Of a stretch of DNA of 64,000 nt, positions 1-9,722 are shown piece by piece. Made by a program: the position numbers and the translations under genes. Position 1 is the stretch's first letter. Each line of letters begins with the position of its first letter. Source of the stretch: Thermoproteota archaeon (GTDB lineage: Archaea > Korarchaeota > Korarchaeia > Korarchaeales > JAOZGB01). The stretch spans positions 70,190 to 134,189 of the forward strand of contig JAVCBU010000011.1 of NCBI GenBank assembly GCA_037917685.1, read 5' to 3'. Below the pieces are notes generated by a model. The model saw only the letters and a program-made list of their open reading frames with translations, was not told the origin of the DNA and did no database searches.

Positions 1-264
1 CGCCTCGGCATACCTTAAAGTGTTCTTCTCTATTGTGTATACTTCGCCGCGCCCGCCCAGCTCTAATATTCCAGTAACTATCCACATCGTTGAACACCCT
101 ATCCCGGTTCCTACTTCAACTGCTTTGATCTCGCCCCTCGCCTCTAACAGTAGTTTAACTATGAGTTTTATGAGCCTTCCACAGCTCTCCGAGATGGGAT
201 AGGCTCCAAGGTCGAGGGATCTGCGGCAGAGCTCTCTTATAGTACTGTAGACCTCTGGTTTCAT
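1..264 (-). CDS. SAM-dependent O-methyltransferase, N-terminal part (gene runs off the left edge)
   Basis: Reverse-strand ATG at 262-264 opens MKPEVYSTIRELCRRSLDLGAYPISESCGRLIKLIVKLLLEARGEIKAVEVGTGIGCSTMW..., carrying the class I methyltransferase motif I (VEVGTGIG). There is no stop before position 1, so it is absent from the ORF track. Confidence 0.6.
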   Translation of the reverse strand, partial: MKPEVYSTIRELCRRSLDLGAYPISESCGRLIKLIVKLLLEARGEIKAVEVGTGIGCSTMWIVTGILELGGRGEVYTIEKNTLRYAEA

Positions 265-700
265 CGGTAAGACGGTGCTGGGAAGAGTTATAAAGCTTAG
301 CAGTCAGGGGTCATGCATTGGCTGTTCATCATGCATACTTTAGGACACCGAGGTATAGAACTATTTCTCGATCCATGCTGGAGTAATGTCGCTGGGCCCC
401 CGGTAGGATTAAGTTTCTTAGCTCTAAGGTGAAATTTATAACTATAGCAAAGCTGCTAGGCCTCATAACCAAGACAGACATTGTAAAAGTATACTCTGAA
501 AGGGTTAAGGAGATAAGATGGTTCCCAGAGTAGGCCTCTCAACGTAGATAAACCGGTGGAAAGGAGAAAATGAGTAGAATACCCCCGGCAACCCAGCCTA
601 AGGCTTAGGGGATTGGGGCACACCGCACACAGCTCCTCTCTATAGGTTTATCTAACACTTGCAGGTGCCTTCATGATTCAGCGCTTCAATATATTAGGAG

Positions 701-1621
701 CTACGGCTTTCGATCTAAGAGGACTGGTTTCACATGTTTATACATTTTATCTTCAAGCCTCCACTCATATTGGCTTTCCGATGTTCTATGGAGCTTGAAT
801 GTTCTCCTAAGTCTTCTAGCATGGCCTATTTGCATGATTAGATCCTCCATGCCTAGGCTTGAGTGTTCAACCGTTAAGGCATAGTAGATGTACCCCACAT
901 TCCAGGGATTTATGCCCATAAGCCATGAGGTAGCTGCGTCAACTATGACGGGGTCCAAGCCTGCTATGGATAAATCCCAAACCAGTGGCGTGCCGTTGAC
1001 GGGTCCATCCCCCTCCATAGCCTCATAGCCATCTATAACTGCAAGGTTAGCCCTTACAAACCTTGAAAGCCTGTAAAGACTAAGATTTATGGCTTTATAG
1101 CCCTGGTGAAGCTTGGACCTCCACATCTTCTTAACCAGGCCCATCGCAATGTTCTTCATGCTAAGGGTGACGAGAACTGTATCATGTGTTTTAGGCGGGG
1201 AAACTGAGACAATATACCAGCCTTTAGGGTTGACAACTGGAACCCTGAAGGTTGAAAGGTTCCCGTCGAAGACTCTAACATTAATTTCAGGCCATCCTTC
1301 GAGGGGCTCTAGCTTAACATCATATTTCTCCCTGAGAGCTTCATAGCCGTAATTCCCGCATCCCTCCTTAAAGCTTCCCACGGCAGGTATCTCCCCGACA
1401 ACGATTGCAACGTTAGGCTTCAGCCTTCTAAGAAATCCAATGACAGCATCCAAACCTTCAACATGTGTTGCGGAAAGCCGCCTAAAAGCTGAAACCATGT
1501 TGGGCTTCACAAGAATCCTATTGTATCCTGATAGGCTACGCCTAATCTCACCCTCCAGCTCTCTCAGGCATTTAGTGATGTTTCCCCGGCGCCCTAGCCC
1601 GTGGGACACGGCGACCCTCAC
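701..1621 (-). CDS. DUF362 domain protein
   Basis: 306 aa, GTG start. ILVKPN near the N-terminus and YEAMEGDGPVNG later are typical of DUF362. Paralog of 30808..32109. Confidence 0.7.
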   Translation of the reverse strand: MRVAVSHGLGRRGNITKCLRELEGEIRRSLSGYNRILVKPNMVSAFRRLSATHVEGLDAVIGFLRRLKPNVAIVVGEIPAVGSFKEGCGNYGYEALREKYDVKLEPLEGWPEINVRVFDGNLSTFRVPVVNPKGWYIVSVSPPKTHDTVLVTLSMKNIAMGLVKKMWRSKLHQGYKAINLSLYRLSRFVRANLAVIDGYEAMEGDGPVNGTPLVWDLSIAGLDPVIVDAATSWLMGINPWNVGYIYYALTVEHSSLGMEDLIMQIGHARRLRRTFKLHRTSESQYEWRLEDKMYKHVKPVLLDRKP

Positions 1622-1733
1622 TTAGCATCCACCGCTACACCATTACAGCTCTACATAGCTATACTCCCCCGGGCGAAGGCTTGAAGCCGTAGCGCCCATT
1701 GTTCAGGTTCACGTTCAGGGTTCAGCGTGCCTA

Positions 1734-2357
1734 TCAGCCTCCTAGTGCTTTTAAGATCTCGTTTGCAAATTTTCTCGCCGCCTGAGGCCCTGATGCTGTA
1801 ATTATGTTTCCATCCACGACAACATCCTCGTCAACGAAAACCGCCCCCGCCTGTACAAGCTTCGACCTAGCAGTATGGAACGCTGTGACCCTCACACCAT
1901 CAACAATATCAGCCTCGGCCAGGACTCCAGGGGCGAGGCAGATTGCTCCTATGATCTTACCCTTCTGGTAGGCCTCTCTGGCTATCCTTATGGCCTCAGT
2001 GTTCCCCCAGAGGTGTTTAGGAGTTCCAGGCCCTCCCACGAAAACTATGACGTCGTAAAGGTCAACGTTGACCATGTCAAGGGAAATGTTAACCATAACC
2101 TCATATCCCAGCGCCCCCATAGCCTTACCGGTCTGATCACTTGCAACATCCACCTTTAAGCCGGCTCCTGTGAAAACCTCCAGCGGAATCCTAAACTCCT
2201 CATCTCTAAAGTCCCTAAAGGAGATTATAAGTAAAACCCTCTTCCCCTCGACGCCTGTAACCTCCACCTCAGCTGGAGGCCTCCTTACACCGTACAATAT
2301 CGCCACCGCCGCAACAACGGCAACGATGAAAACTAAAACAATAAATGTAGACCTCAT
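1734..2357 (-). CDS. DJ-1/PfpI family protein with N-terminal membrane anchor
   Basis: 207 aa. Hydrophobic N-terminal helix, then a DJ-1/PfpI fold with the nucleophile elbow IGAICLAPGVLA. Confidence 0.75.
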   Translation of the reverse strand: MRSTFIVLVFIVAVVAAVAILYGVRRPPAEVEVTGVEGKRVLLIISFRDFRDEEFRIPLEVFTGAGLKVDVASDQTGKAMGALGYEVMVNISLDMVNVDLYDVIVFVGGPGTPKHLWGNTEAIRIAREAYQKGKIIGAICLAPGVLAEADIVDGVRVTAFHTARSKLVQAGAVFVDEDVVVDGNIITASGPQAARKFANEILKALGG

Positions 2358-2647
2358 ATACCCCCCATTCTAACGCCAAGCCAGTCCTAAAAATATTAAC
2401 CCTCAATATTGTACAACACGACTTCAACTTCCATGACCACCACACATCCCCATTAATACTCACTGATAGCCTGTTCCCAGCAACGAGATAGGGATCCTTC
2501 AGGCTTCCAGCTGGCTTAACCATGTTAACCATCCTACTAAGCAGGAGCCCTACTGAGCAGTAAACAGTCTAATAAATTTTTAATAGGGCTGACATAAATA
2601 CTGGCGTGGATGCCAAGTCCTCTTTTAAAGAGTAGGGAGGGATTGAA

Positions 2648-3043
2648 ATGGAGGTTCAAGGAGCAGATTTAAGAGCATTAGGATATTGCGTAACATTTAC
2701 CATAATAAATTATACCCTGTCGCCAATATTTATCGTAACACCAAAATCAAGCCTAGGTGCAAGGCTGGCTATCGTAATACTTGCCTTCGCCGCGATGTAT
2801 ATGGTTGCAAGGATTTTCTATGGAAATCCATTCAAAAATAAGTATCAGTCACCCTATTTCGATAGCTTTATACATGTACTGGCTCTGATAGGTATTATCA
2901 GCATTTTCTCCCTCCCATTAATTATTCTTTTTGAGGGGGTAAATGTAGATATAAATGAAATCTATGTTAAAGCAAAACCTGCATTTGTGGATTCATGGGG
3001 GATGCCAAGGAGCCGCATGCTCAGACCGTCTACTATAGGATAA
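2648..3043 (+). CDS. small integral membrane protein, function unknown
   Basis: 131 aa with 3-4 hydrophobic helices and no recognisable motif. The 3' end is uncertain because of the G5 run at 2997-3001 (see findings). Confidence 0.4.
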   Translation: MEVQGADLRALGYCVTFTIINYTLSPIFIVTPKSSLGARLAIVILAFAAMYMVARIFYGNPFKNKYQSPYFDSFIHVLALIGIISIFSLPLIILFEGVNVDINEIYVKAKPAFVDSWGMPRSRMLRPSTIG

Positions 3044-3107
3044 CGGATCTCGGAAGGGAAATCCTTAAGATTGTAAGGGAGTTGGAGAAAACAATTGCCT
3101 AGATGGC

Positions 3108-4295
3108 CTAACCAGAAAGATATAGTTTCCTCTTTCTTAGAAGGAGATAGAATAGTAACACGTAGACCGCGTATATAGCTGAGGTTGATAGGACCGGGAG
3201 ATCCAGGTTTTTATCCATTAATATTCCTCCAAGCTGGCTTGAGATCGAGTTTGGCAGCCCCCAGCATATACTGTTAAACGCTGTTACAGTTGCTCTATCT
3301 TCAGGGTGGGACAGGTTCATGTACAGAGTTTGCATCAGCGGTGTTACCATGTTCATCAATGCTGACCGGCATATGTAGAGTATAGAAGCTACAATAAAGC
3401 TCCCAGAGTATGGTATTAATGCTAACAAAGGTACTGAGGCGGCCTGTGGGATAACCACGCCATTTATCATGCCGAATCTCCTTGATAATGGGATGGCTCC
3501 AAGATATAGAAAGGACCCTACGATGTTCACGATCATATACATGGTTCCTATGGGTCCTGATTCAACGTTAAACTTGACACTGAAGTAGTAACTAAACAGT
3601 GGAATACTCAGACCAGCGCCAAATCCTACAAGAATGTTCAGAGTGAAAAGCCTCATTAGAACAGTGTTCCCACGTATCCTTTCAAATGCAATTCTGTGCT
3701 TGGGTTTACTTTCAATTTTCTCTTCGGTGATAGGGGCGATTAAGAGGATTGTTGAAAGCTGAATTAGGCCTGCAATTAGTATCATGAGGCGGTAGGCTTC
3801 GAAGTAGCTCCAACCGTTTTGGACAAGTTTTTCAGGTATCCAGCCTATTAGGCTTCCGGCGGCCATGCAGAAGCTCATGATGAACGAGGACATACTGTAG
3901 ACCTTTTCCATTTTTTCACCGGCCTTGTCTGCCACGAGTGCGTTGAAAGCTGGTTGTACAGACGCCCAGCTAAACCCTGAAAGTAATGCTGAAAGTATAA
4001 GGTACGGGATGCCTATGAAGACCACGACTAGAAAGGTTGAGCAGGCTGAAAATACTGCTCCTATGAGCAGAAACTCTTTTCTCCCTGTTCTGTCGGCCAT
4101 GACGCCTGCCGGTATTACTAGGATTGTCATGACGAGGCCGTTTGCAAGGTTGTAAAGGCCTATTATCCCGCCTGTATACCCTGCGCTCTTAAGGTAGAGC
4201 TGCCATATCGACATAAAAATTCCGAAGCTCAGGCCAAACACACCGCTGAACATGATAAGAGCCCATAGATCTCTACCGAAAGAGCCAAGGTTCAA
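3108..4295 (-). CDS. MFS transporter
   Basis: 395 aa, about 12 TM helices, MFS loop motif GVMADRTGRKE after TM2, TTG start. Confidence 0.75.
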   Translation of the reverse strand: MNLGSFGRDLWALIMFSGVFGLSFGIFMSIWQLYLKSAGYTGGIIGLYNLANGLVMTILVIPAGVMADRTGRKEFLLIGAVFSACSTFLVVVFIGIPYLILSALLSGFSWASVQPAFNALVADKAGEKMEKVYSMSSFIMSFCMAAGSLIGWIPEKLVQNGWSYFEAYRLMILIAGLIQLSTILLIAPITEEKIESKPKHRIAFERIRGNTVLMRLFTLNILVGFGAGLSIPLFSYYFSVKFNVESGPIGTMYMIVNIVGSFLYLGAIPLSRRFGMINGVVIPQAASVPLLALIPYSGSFIVASILYICRSALMNMVTPLMQTLYMNLSHPEDRATVTAFNSICWGLPNSISSQLGGILMDKNLDLPVLSTSAIYAVYVLLFYLLLRKRKLYLSG

Positions 4296-4352
4296 GGTTG
4301 AACACCATTTCTCCGTTAAATATCATACTGTGTGAAATAAAAGGTTATGCTG

Positions 4353-5813
4353 TCAGATCTTACGGCTATGCTCTGCTATTAATTCTGGAATTGTCCCAAG
4401 GATTGTATCCTGTCCTCTCAGGGTTCTAAGATAATGGGCTGCCTTTGCGGAGTTTGTTGCTGTAATCCTGTATCCAAGCCTTTCTACTGGTGAGACTACC
4501 ATGCAAGTGTCGGCTATAAGCCTTGCTCCAGCCTCCTCTAAAATCTTTGTCCAACCGGCCTTGCGAGCATATGCTTTGTTCCTTCTAGATGTGAAAAGCC
4601 ATAGGCTACACTTCAGAATTCTTCCCCTTAGCTTCTCGACGATCGCCTTGATCTCCTCTATGGATAGGTGAGGACATCCAATTGCTATAAGGTCCGGCTT
4701 TTGACCTGTTGTTGTAAGTTTATTCCTCACATCGTTTAAATCTTCAAATGTAAATCTGACTGTTAGGTTTATTCCGCTTTCATCTATGCCCTTTAGTGCT
4801 TCGGGGGTTACTCTGTCGACATGGTATAGTGGCATTTTGCCCGATGCTCCACCCCCAGCCCCTAGGGCTTTAAGCTGATCCCTACTAACATCCTTTACCC
4901 CTGTTATCAGTGGAATTTCACCATAATTCATGCCTATCCAGTATCCAAGCCAGCTGTACTGGTGTCCCACCAGAGGGGCCTCAACTTGTACCTTTATCCT
5001 TGGAGTCCTGTTCTCCTTGAGGTGGAGGCCGTAGAGCGGTGTCCCGCCCAGCATGGCTGAGGCGAGGGCTTTTAGGCCGCTCTCCCTGTTCGTCCTGGCA
5101 CCTATCACAGAGTTTACATAGGCAACAGCTGAAGATTCAGCCCAGGAAACGTGCTGGCCGTAGAGGGGGCAGTTCTCAGCGTAGTAGGGGGTACAGGTGC
5201 AAGTTGTATTGACACCCATCCTCCTGTAGGCGGAGACTATTCTCGCCTGCTTCTCCGCATAGTCATGGCTGAAACCTAGCTGATGCCAGTCTTCTAGGTC
5301 CAGGGAAACCGGGTTTAGGGTTGTTGGGACTCTCACCCTCCCGCCTTCATCCGCCAGTTCCTCCAGAAATTTCATGCCTGCATCTCCTATCAACTCGTAT
5401 GAAGCTCCCGAGACATGGGCAGAGGCGATGGGGATCACCTCATCTGCACCTGAAACTCTGGCGTCTGCCTCGATGAAGTCTATTATACGATCAGGAACAC
5501 CATTTAACATGACGTTGTATCTTATTCTCTTGGGCTTTACCCCCTTTACCTTTACTGGTACGCCTGCGAGGATCGCTGCTTGTGTAATGGGGTCGGGTTT
5601 CCCAAGGATTATCTCTGCTGGCAGGGTGCCATGCATTTTCATTTTGAAGAATGTGTACGATCCTACTGTTGATCCTATAGAGTACGGCATTTCAAGTATT
5701 TTGCCTTTGATGCTTTCCCCATGGAGGTCATGTCCTTCCTGGGTTATGATACCTGTCTCTGGGTCTATACCGTCTAGCCATGATATTGGCTTCTCAGCCT
5801 TGATCCTATCCAC
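4353..5813 (-). CDS. aconitase-X family protein, swivel (DUF126) domain fused N-terminally to the catalytic (DUF521) domain; candidate phosphomevalonate dehydratase
   Basis: 486 aa. The first ~95 aa read PISWLDGIDPETGIITQEGHDLHGESIKGKILEMPYSIGSTVGS (DUF126-like); the rest matches the AcnX catalytic domain. The true start is probably ATG 5846-5848, reached through a 1-nt frameshift near 5819-5820. Confidence 0.7.
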   Translation of the reverse strand: MDRIKAEKPISWLDGIDPETGIITQEGHDLHGESIKGKILEMPYSIGSTVGSYTFFKMKMHGTLPAEIILGKPDPITQAAILAGVPVKVKGVKPKRIRYNVMLNGVPDRIIDFIEADARVSGADEVIPIASAHVSGASYELIGDAGMKFLEELADEGGRVRVPTTLNPVSLDLEDWHQLGFSHDYAEKQARIVSAYRRMGVNTTCTCTPYYAENCPLYGQHVSWAESSAVAYVNSVIGARTNRESGLKALASAMLGGTPLYGLHLKENRTPRIKVQVEAPLVGHQYSWLGYWIGMNYGEIPLITGVKDVSRDQLKALGAGGGASGKMPLYHVDRVTPEALKGIDESGINLTVRFTFEDLNDVRNKLTTTGQKPDLIAIGCPHLSIEEIKAIVEKLRGRILKCSLWLFTSRRNKAYARKAGWTKILEEAGARLIADTCMVVSPVERLGYRITATNSAKAAHYLRTLRGQDTILGTIPELIAEHSRKI

Positions 5814-5852
5814 AGCTATTCTTCACCGTTGAAAACTATTAAACTCATAAGT

Positions 5853-7286
5853 CTATAGAACCGTCTTTATCGTGCTTTGAGGGTAGCCGCGGCTTGTATC
5901 CGTATATATCGCGCAGACAGGTGTGTAGGGTATAACACCGTAAAACAGGACTACACCGTGCATCTTAAAGAATTTAAGATGCTTGTCCGCAAGGTGAAGG
6001 ACGATCCTAGGTATTTTCTGACCAGTCTTGTATGATAGAAACACAATCATGCCTGTGGATCTGGCGAACACTGCAAGATTGTTTAGAAGTTCAAGAGTTT
6101 TTTCAGGACCAACATACAATTCTAAGGTGTCAGCTCCTATAAATACAATTACTAATCCGTCCGTGGACTTTTCTATAAGTTTTCCAGCTGATGATAGGAT
6201 CTGCTCCGTCACCTTATCCGGGTCTGAGGTATCCATGTGAACTACGAAGTTTTCATCTGTAACCCTTAGGGTCTTATGGCTGTGTAGGAAGAGGACCCTA
6301 CCCCCCATTTCCCTTTCTACATGGCCTACAAGGAAGTTTTCAGCAAGCTTGTAGCCGCTGTCCCCTCCTGATGGTATACCCATGAAGCATCTTCCATAGT
6401 TTAGGTTTCCCTGAAGCATGGGCACTAGAAGAGAAAAGTATCCTCTCCCCACACCCTTACCGACCTCGATTATATTTATGCTTCCTTTAGTCCATCCGCC
6501 GATCGCCTTGTCCAGCTCTACTATTCCCGTTGATATGTGATCCTCTGAAACATCCTTCTTGAACGGTGTTTTAGCCCTTTTCTCTTTTTCTAATACGCCG
6601 AATTCCCACTCCTTTAGATAGAAGAATCTCCCCCCGTCAAGGGTATATAGATACCTATGCTTTCTAATCGGTACACCTCTTAGCTTCTGAATCTCCATTA
6701 CACGGATTCTACGACCCTCGACATTCTTCCCGTATAGAGATACAACTCCGTCGGCCACGTAGTCTAGTTTTTCCTCTTTAGTGCTTTCACTCACGTAGAT
6801 TACTATGCTTCCAGACTTTTCAGCCCAGCTTGAAATTTCGAGAAGCAGTTCCTGTCTGAGTTCAGGGGGATGTTGATCTATAAATGCCTGCCAGCTGTCA
6901 AAAACAACTATCGGCCTCTCAACCATCCTTAAAAGTTTTATTAGATAGTTTAGACTTCTTTTTGCCTTAGAAAGCTCCACTATGGGTAGAAGGAAAGGCT
7001 TCTCCTCCTCAAGCTCCTCTGAGAGTCTTGGGATGTCCTCTATAGATATTGCCTTCACCGTTGAAGCGAGGTGTGGATGAAACCTAAGGAGGCTTTCAAC
7101 CTGCAATCTCGTAGTTATATATATCCCTTTACACTCGCTTCGGAGAAAGTTAAGGATCTCGAGCGATAGACAAGTCTTACCAACGCCTGGACCACCCTTT
7201 ATGAGCAGCCGTCCCCTACCCTCCTCAAGGAACCTTCTAAGTTCGGGGGGAATCAAAATCATCCGTCTATCAATAATGGTTTCCAA
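5853..7286 (-). CDS. KaiC/GvpD/RecA-superfamily ATPase, two-domain (paralog 1)
   Basis: 477 aa. Walker A GGPGVGKT, Walker B-like VVFDSW, and a second degenerate RecA-like half without a P-loop. Same architecture as 14966..16345. An alternative start is ATG 7260-7262 (MILIPPEL, matching the paralog IPPEL). Confidence 0.7.
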   Translation of the reverse strand: METIIDRRMILIPPELRRFLEEGRGRLLIKGGPGVGKTCLSLEILNFLRSECKGIYITTRLQVESLLRFHPHLASTVKAISIEDIPRLSEELEEEKPFLLPIVELSKAKRSLNYLIKLLRMVERPIVVFDSWQAFIDQHPPELRQELLLEISSWAEKSGSIVIYVSESTKEEKLDYVADGVVSLYGKNVEGRRIRVMEIQKLRGVPIRKHRYLYTLDGGRFFYLKEWEFGVLEKEKRAKTPFKKDVSEDHISTGIVELDKAIGGWTKGSINIIEVGKGVGRGYFSLLVPMLQGNLNYGRCFMGIPSGGDSGYKLAENFLVGHVEREMGGRVLFLHSHKTLRVTDENFVVHMDTSDPDKVTEQILSSAGKLIEKSTDGLVIVFIGADTLELYVGPEKTLELLNNLAVFARSTGMIVFLSYKTGQKIPRIVLHLADKHLKFFKMHGVVLFYGVIPYTPVCAIYTDTSRGYPQSTIKTVL

Positions 7287-7318
7287 TTTTAAACCTTAAT
7301 GCTACAGTAGAGATTTGA

Positions 7319-8902
7319 TTAGTCTATACACATAAATCTCAGAAGGAAAGCTGAAAAGATGGCTGAAAAAGCCGATGCTCCTATAAACAGTAGTATTGGG
7401 GTCAAACTGGCTATATCTAGGGCTCTAAGCAAGATGTAGGGTAGAATTGTTAGGCTTCCAACGGTTAGCCCAGCCATGCTAGCAGCAAGGGTAGCAATAA
7501 CGTCTTTGAATGGATTATAGGATATGATCAGCTTGCCCCTGGTAAGCCTTAATATTACACACATCTCAACGGTTGAGACCGCAAAACACGTGAGAATCCC
7601 AATGAGTGGCACAAAGTTGTCAGCCCATAAACCATGGGTGTAGGATAGGTAGAGGGGGATGAACACCGCTATTGGGACTGCAGAGGCTGTTGAAAAGAGG
7701 GCTTTAGAGAGGACTATTTTTCTCCAGCTTATTGGAAGCATTAATAATGGTCGAGGGTTCACTAGGTCTAGACTTAGCAGATAGAGGCCATTTGCAGCTG
7801 CTGAGAAGATCAGCAGCCCTGTGACAGCAGCGATTTTCAAAGGGGATGGTTTCCCTGAGAGGGTAGGGAGCATTATGATAAACATGTATATTGGGACTGC
7901 AAATATGTATGCATGACTTGGACTTCGGGAGGCCACTCGGAAATCCTTCTTTATAACCCCGAGAGTTGCACCCGTCACGTTAATAGACAGCTGAAGCGGC
8001 TCCACACGGCCCCCTATAAGCCCTCGCATACCAGGTTTTGAAATTATATTTACAGCTTTAACCCCGGCAAGCAACCCTAGCAGGAGATGCAATACGGATA
8101 GTAGAAGTATAGAAATGCTAACCTCGAATTCCCCGGCGTAATGTAAAGCGATTAGCATAAACTGGTAGGGGAAAATTAGACCTATAAGCTCATGTGCTGC
8201 TGTAGCATGCGATGATACATAGCTCATTATCCAGGCAACCAGGTTTCCTATCCAGCCTAGAGACATTACAGCAAGCCCCCATAAGACAACTGTGAGAAAC
8301 CTTAATAATGACCTGGAGAGAGACCTTTCAACGCCGAAAATAAACCTGTAAAAGAGTGATGAAAGATAGATGGAAGCAGCCATTGAAAATATGAGTGTGA
8401 GAAGAGAAGCTGTAAGAACAGGGAGGGCGGCTTTTACACCCCACTTAAGCCCTGAGGCAAGAGTAGGAATCCCCACCAGTACAATAGAAGGAGCGTCGAT
8501 GAACCTGATGAAGATCAAGGCTGAAACGATTTTAAGCTCCTTTGCCGACAACGGCAGGACAGTTAGGGTCTTAAAAGCCTTACCTGAAAGAAAACTGGCT
8601 ACAGTGGGCAGGTTGTAGAGAATAATAATGAACATTGAGAGAAGAAGAGAGGTTCCAAGGGTAACAGATTCTTCAAAGGGGTTATCATTCGCTACTCCGA
8701 AGGTTAAACCGGTAATGAATATTATCACCACTGAGAGTATAAGCTTGTTTAAAGCGTTCTGCCACCTTATCGACCTCCTCAGTTTTCTGATCCTCTCCTC
8801 TGTGTATGCACCGGCATGCCTGTATAACAAGAGGGCCTGAAAGTTAACCTCTTGGTAGGCTGTTCTAGATATGCTGAAAAGTCTTCTAATATTCATATTC
8901 AT
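7319..8902 (-). CDS. polytopic membrane protein, putative permease partner of the upstream ABC ATPase
   Basis: 527 aa with at least 12 hydrophobic helices. Its start overlaps the ABC ATPase stop by 4 nt. Confidence 0.6.
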   Translation of the reverse strand: MNMNIRRLFSISRTAYQEVNFQALLLYRHAGAYTEERIRKLRRSIRWQNALNKLILSVVIIFITGLTFGVANDNPFEESVTLGTSLLLSMFIIILYNLPTVASFLSGKAFKTLTVLPLSAKELKIVSALIFIRFIDAPSIVLVGIPTLASGLKWGVKAALPVLTASLLTLIFSMAASIYLSSLFYRFIFGVERSLSRSLLRFLTVVLWGLAVMSLGWIGNLVAWIMSYVSSHATAAHELIGLIFPYQFMLIALHYAGEFEVSISILLLSVLHLLLGLLAGVKAVNIISKPGMRGLIGGRVEPLQLSINVTGATLGVIKKDFRVASRSPSHAYIFAVPIYMFIIMLPTLSGKPSPLKIAAVTGLLIFSAAANGLYLLSLDLVNPRPLLMLPISWRKIVLSKALFSTASAVPIAVFIPLYLSYTHGLWADNFVPLIGILTCFAVSTVEMCVILRLTRGKLIISYNPFKDVIATLAASMAGLTVGSLTILPYILLRALDIASLTPILLFIGASAFSAIFSAFLLRFMCID

Positions 8903-9669
8903 AGGGACTCCTCCAGCCCAGCTATTATCCTTGAAACCTCTTCCTCCTCACCGGTTACTTTCAGAAATATCTCCTCAAGGTCGGAAGCCTTAACCATGCT
9001 TGTAAGCTCTTCCACACTCCCTTCAGCGACAAGCCTGCCTCTATGTATTATTCCAACCTTTGTGCATATCTTCTCCGCAACCTCCATGATATGCGTTGAA
9101 AATAGAACTGACCCACCATTCCTTACATGTTCTCTAATTATCCCCTTCAATATGGCTACTGTCCTCGCATCAAGACCAATAAATGGCTCGTCTAGCACTA
9201 ACAGGCGAGGGCTGTGGATCAACGGTGAAATTATACTAACTTTCTGCCTGGTTCCCATCGACAATGATATGATGGGACTATCAAAGTATTTTTGAAGATC
9301 AAAAGCTTCAACCAGAAGTTTAACCCTCTGCCGGGTGAGATTCCTGTCTAAACCTCTAACGGAGGCTATAAACTCGAAGAACTCCCTAGGGGTGAGTGAC
9401 TCATATAAGGCCTGCTCCTCTGGTACATAGCCAATGATGCTCTTAACTTTTTGGCCGTCACTGGCAGGGTCAAGGCCGTAAACCTGGACGAGGCCGTCGT
9501 CTCTATCCAAAATCCCGGAGACGATGTTGAGAGTTGTCGTCTTTCCAGCCCCATTCGGCCCCAGTAACCCGTAAACTGTAGCTTCTTCAACCATAAATGT
9601 TAAGCCATCTAAAGCTCTGACATTACCGTAGCTTTTGTAGAGCTTTTCAACAATCAACGGCTTAAGCAC
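8899..9669 (-). CDS. ABC transporter ATP-binding protein (ABC-2/exporter type)
   Basis: 256 aa. Walker A GPNGAGKTT, signature LSMGTRQK, Walker B LLVLDEP. GTG start. Confidence 0.85.
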   Translation of the reverse strand: MLKPLIVEKLYKSYGNVRALDGLTFMVEEATVYGLLGPNGAGKTTTLNIVSGILDRDDGLVQVYGLDPASDGQKVKSIIGYVPEEQALYESLTPREFFEFIASVRGLDRNLTRQRVKLLVEAFDLQKYFDSPIISLSMGTRQKVSIISPLIHSPRLLVLDEPFIGLDARTVAILKGIIREHVRNGGSVLFSTHIMEVAEKICTKVGIIHRGRLVAEGSVEELTSMVKASDLEEIFLKVTGEEEEVSRIIAGLEESL

Positions 9670-9722
9670 AATTATATGCTCACATTAATAATTAATAATA
9701 GGGTATGATTTTAGCATAATGC

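Noticed and set aside
295-345. Possible C/D-box sRNA on the reverse strand (ATGATGA ... CTGA) in the 435-bp gap between the methyltransferase and DUF362 genes.
   Set aside because: The box spacing is about 20 nt. There are no convincing C'/D' boxes or terminal stem, and the candidate 3' part runs into the methyltransferase start codon.
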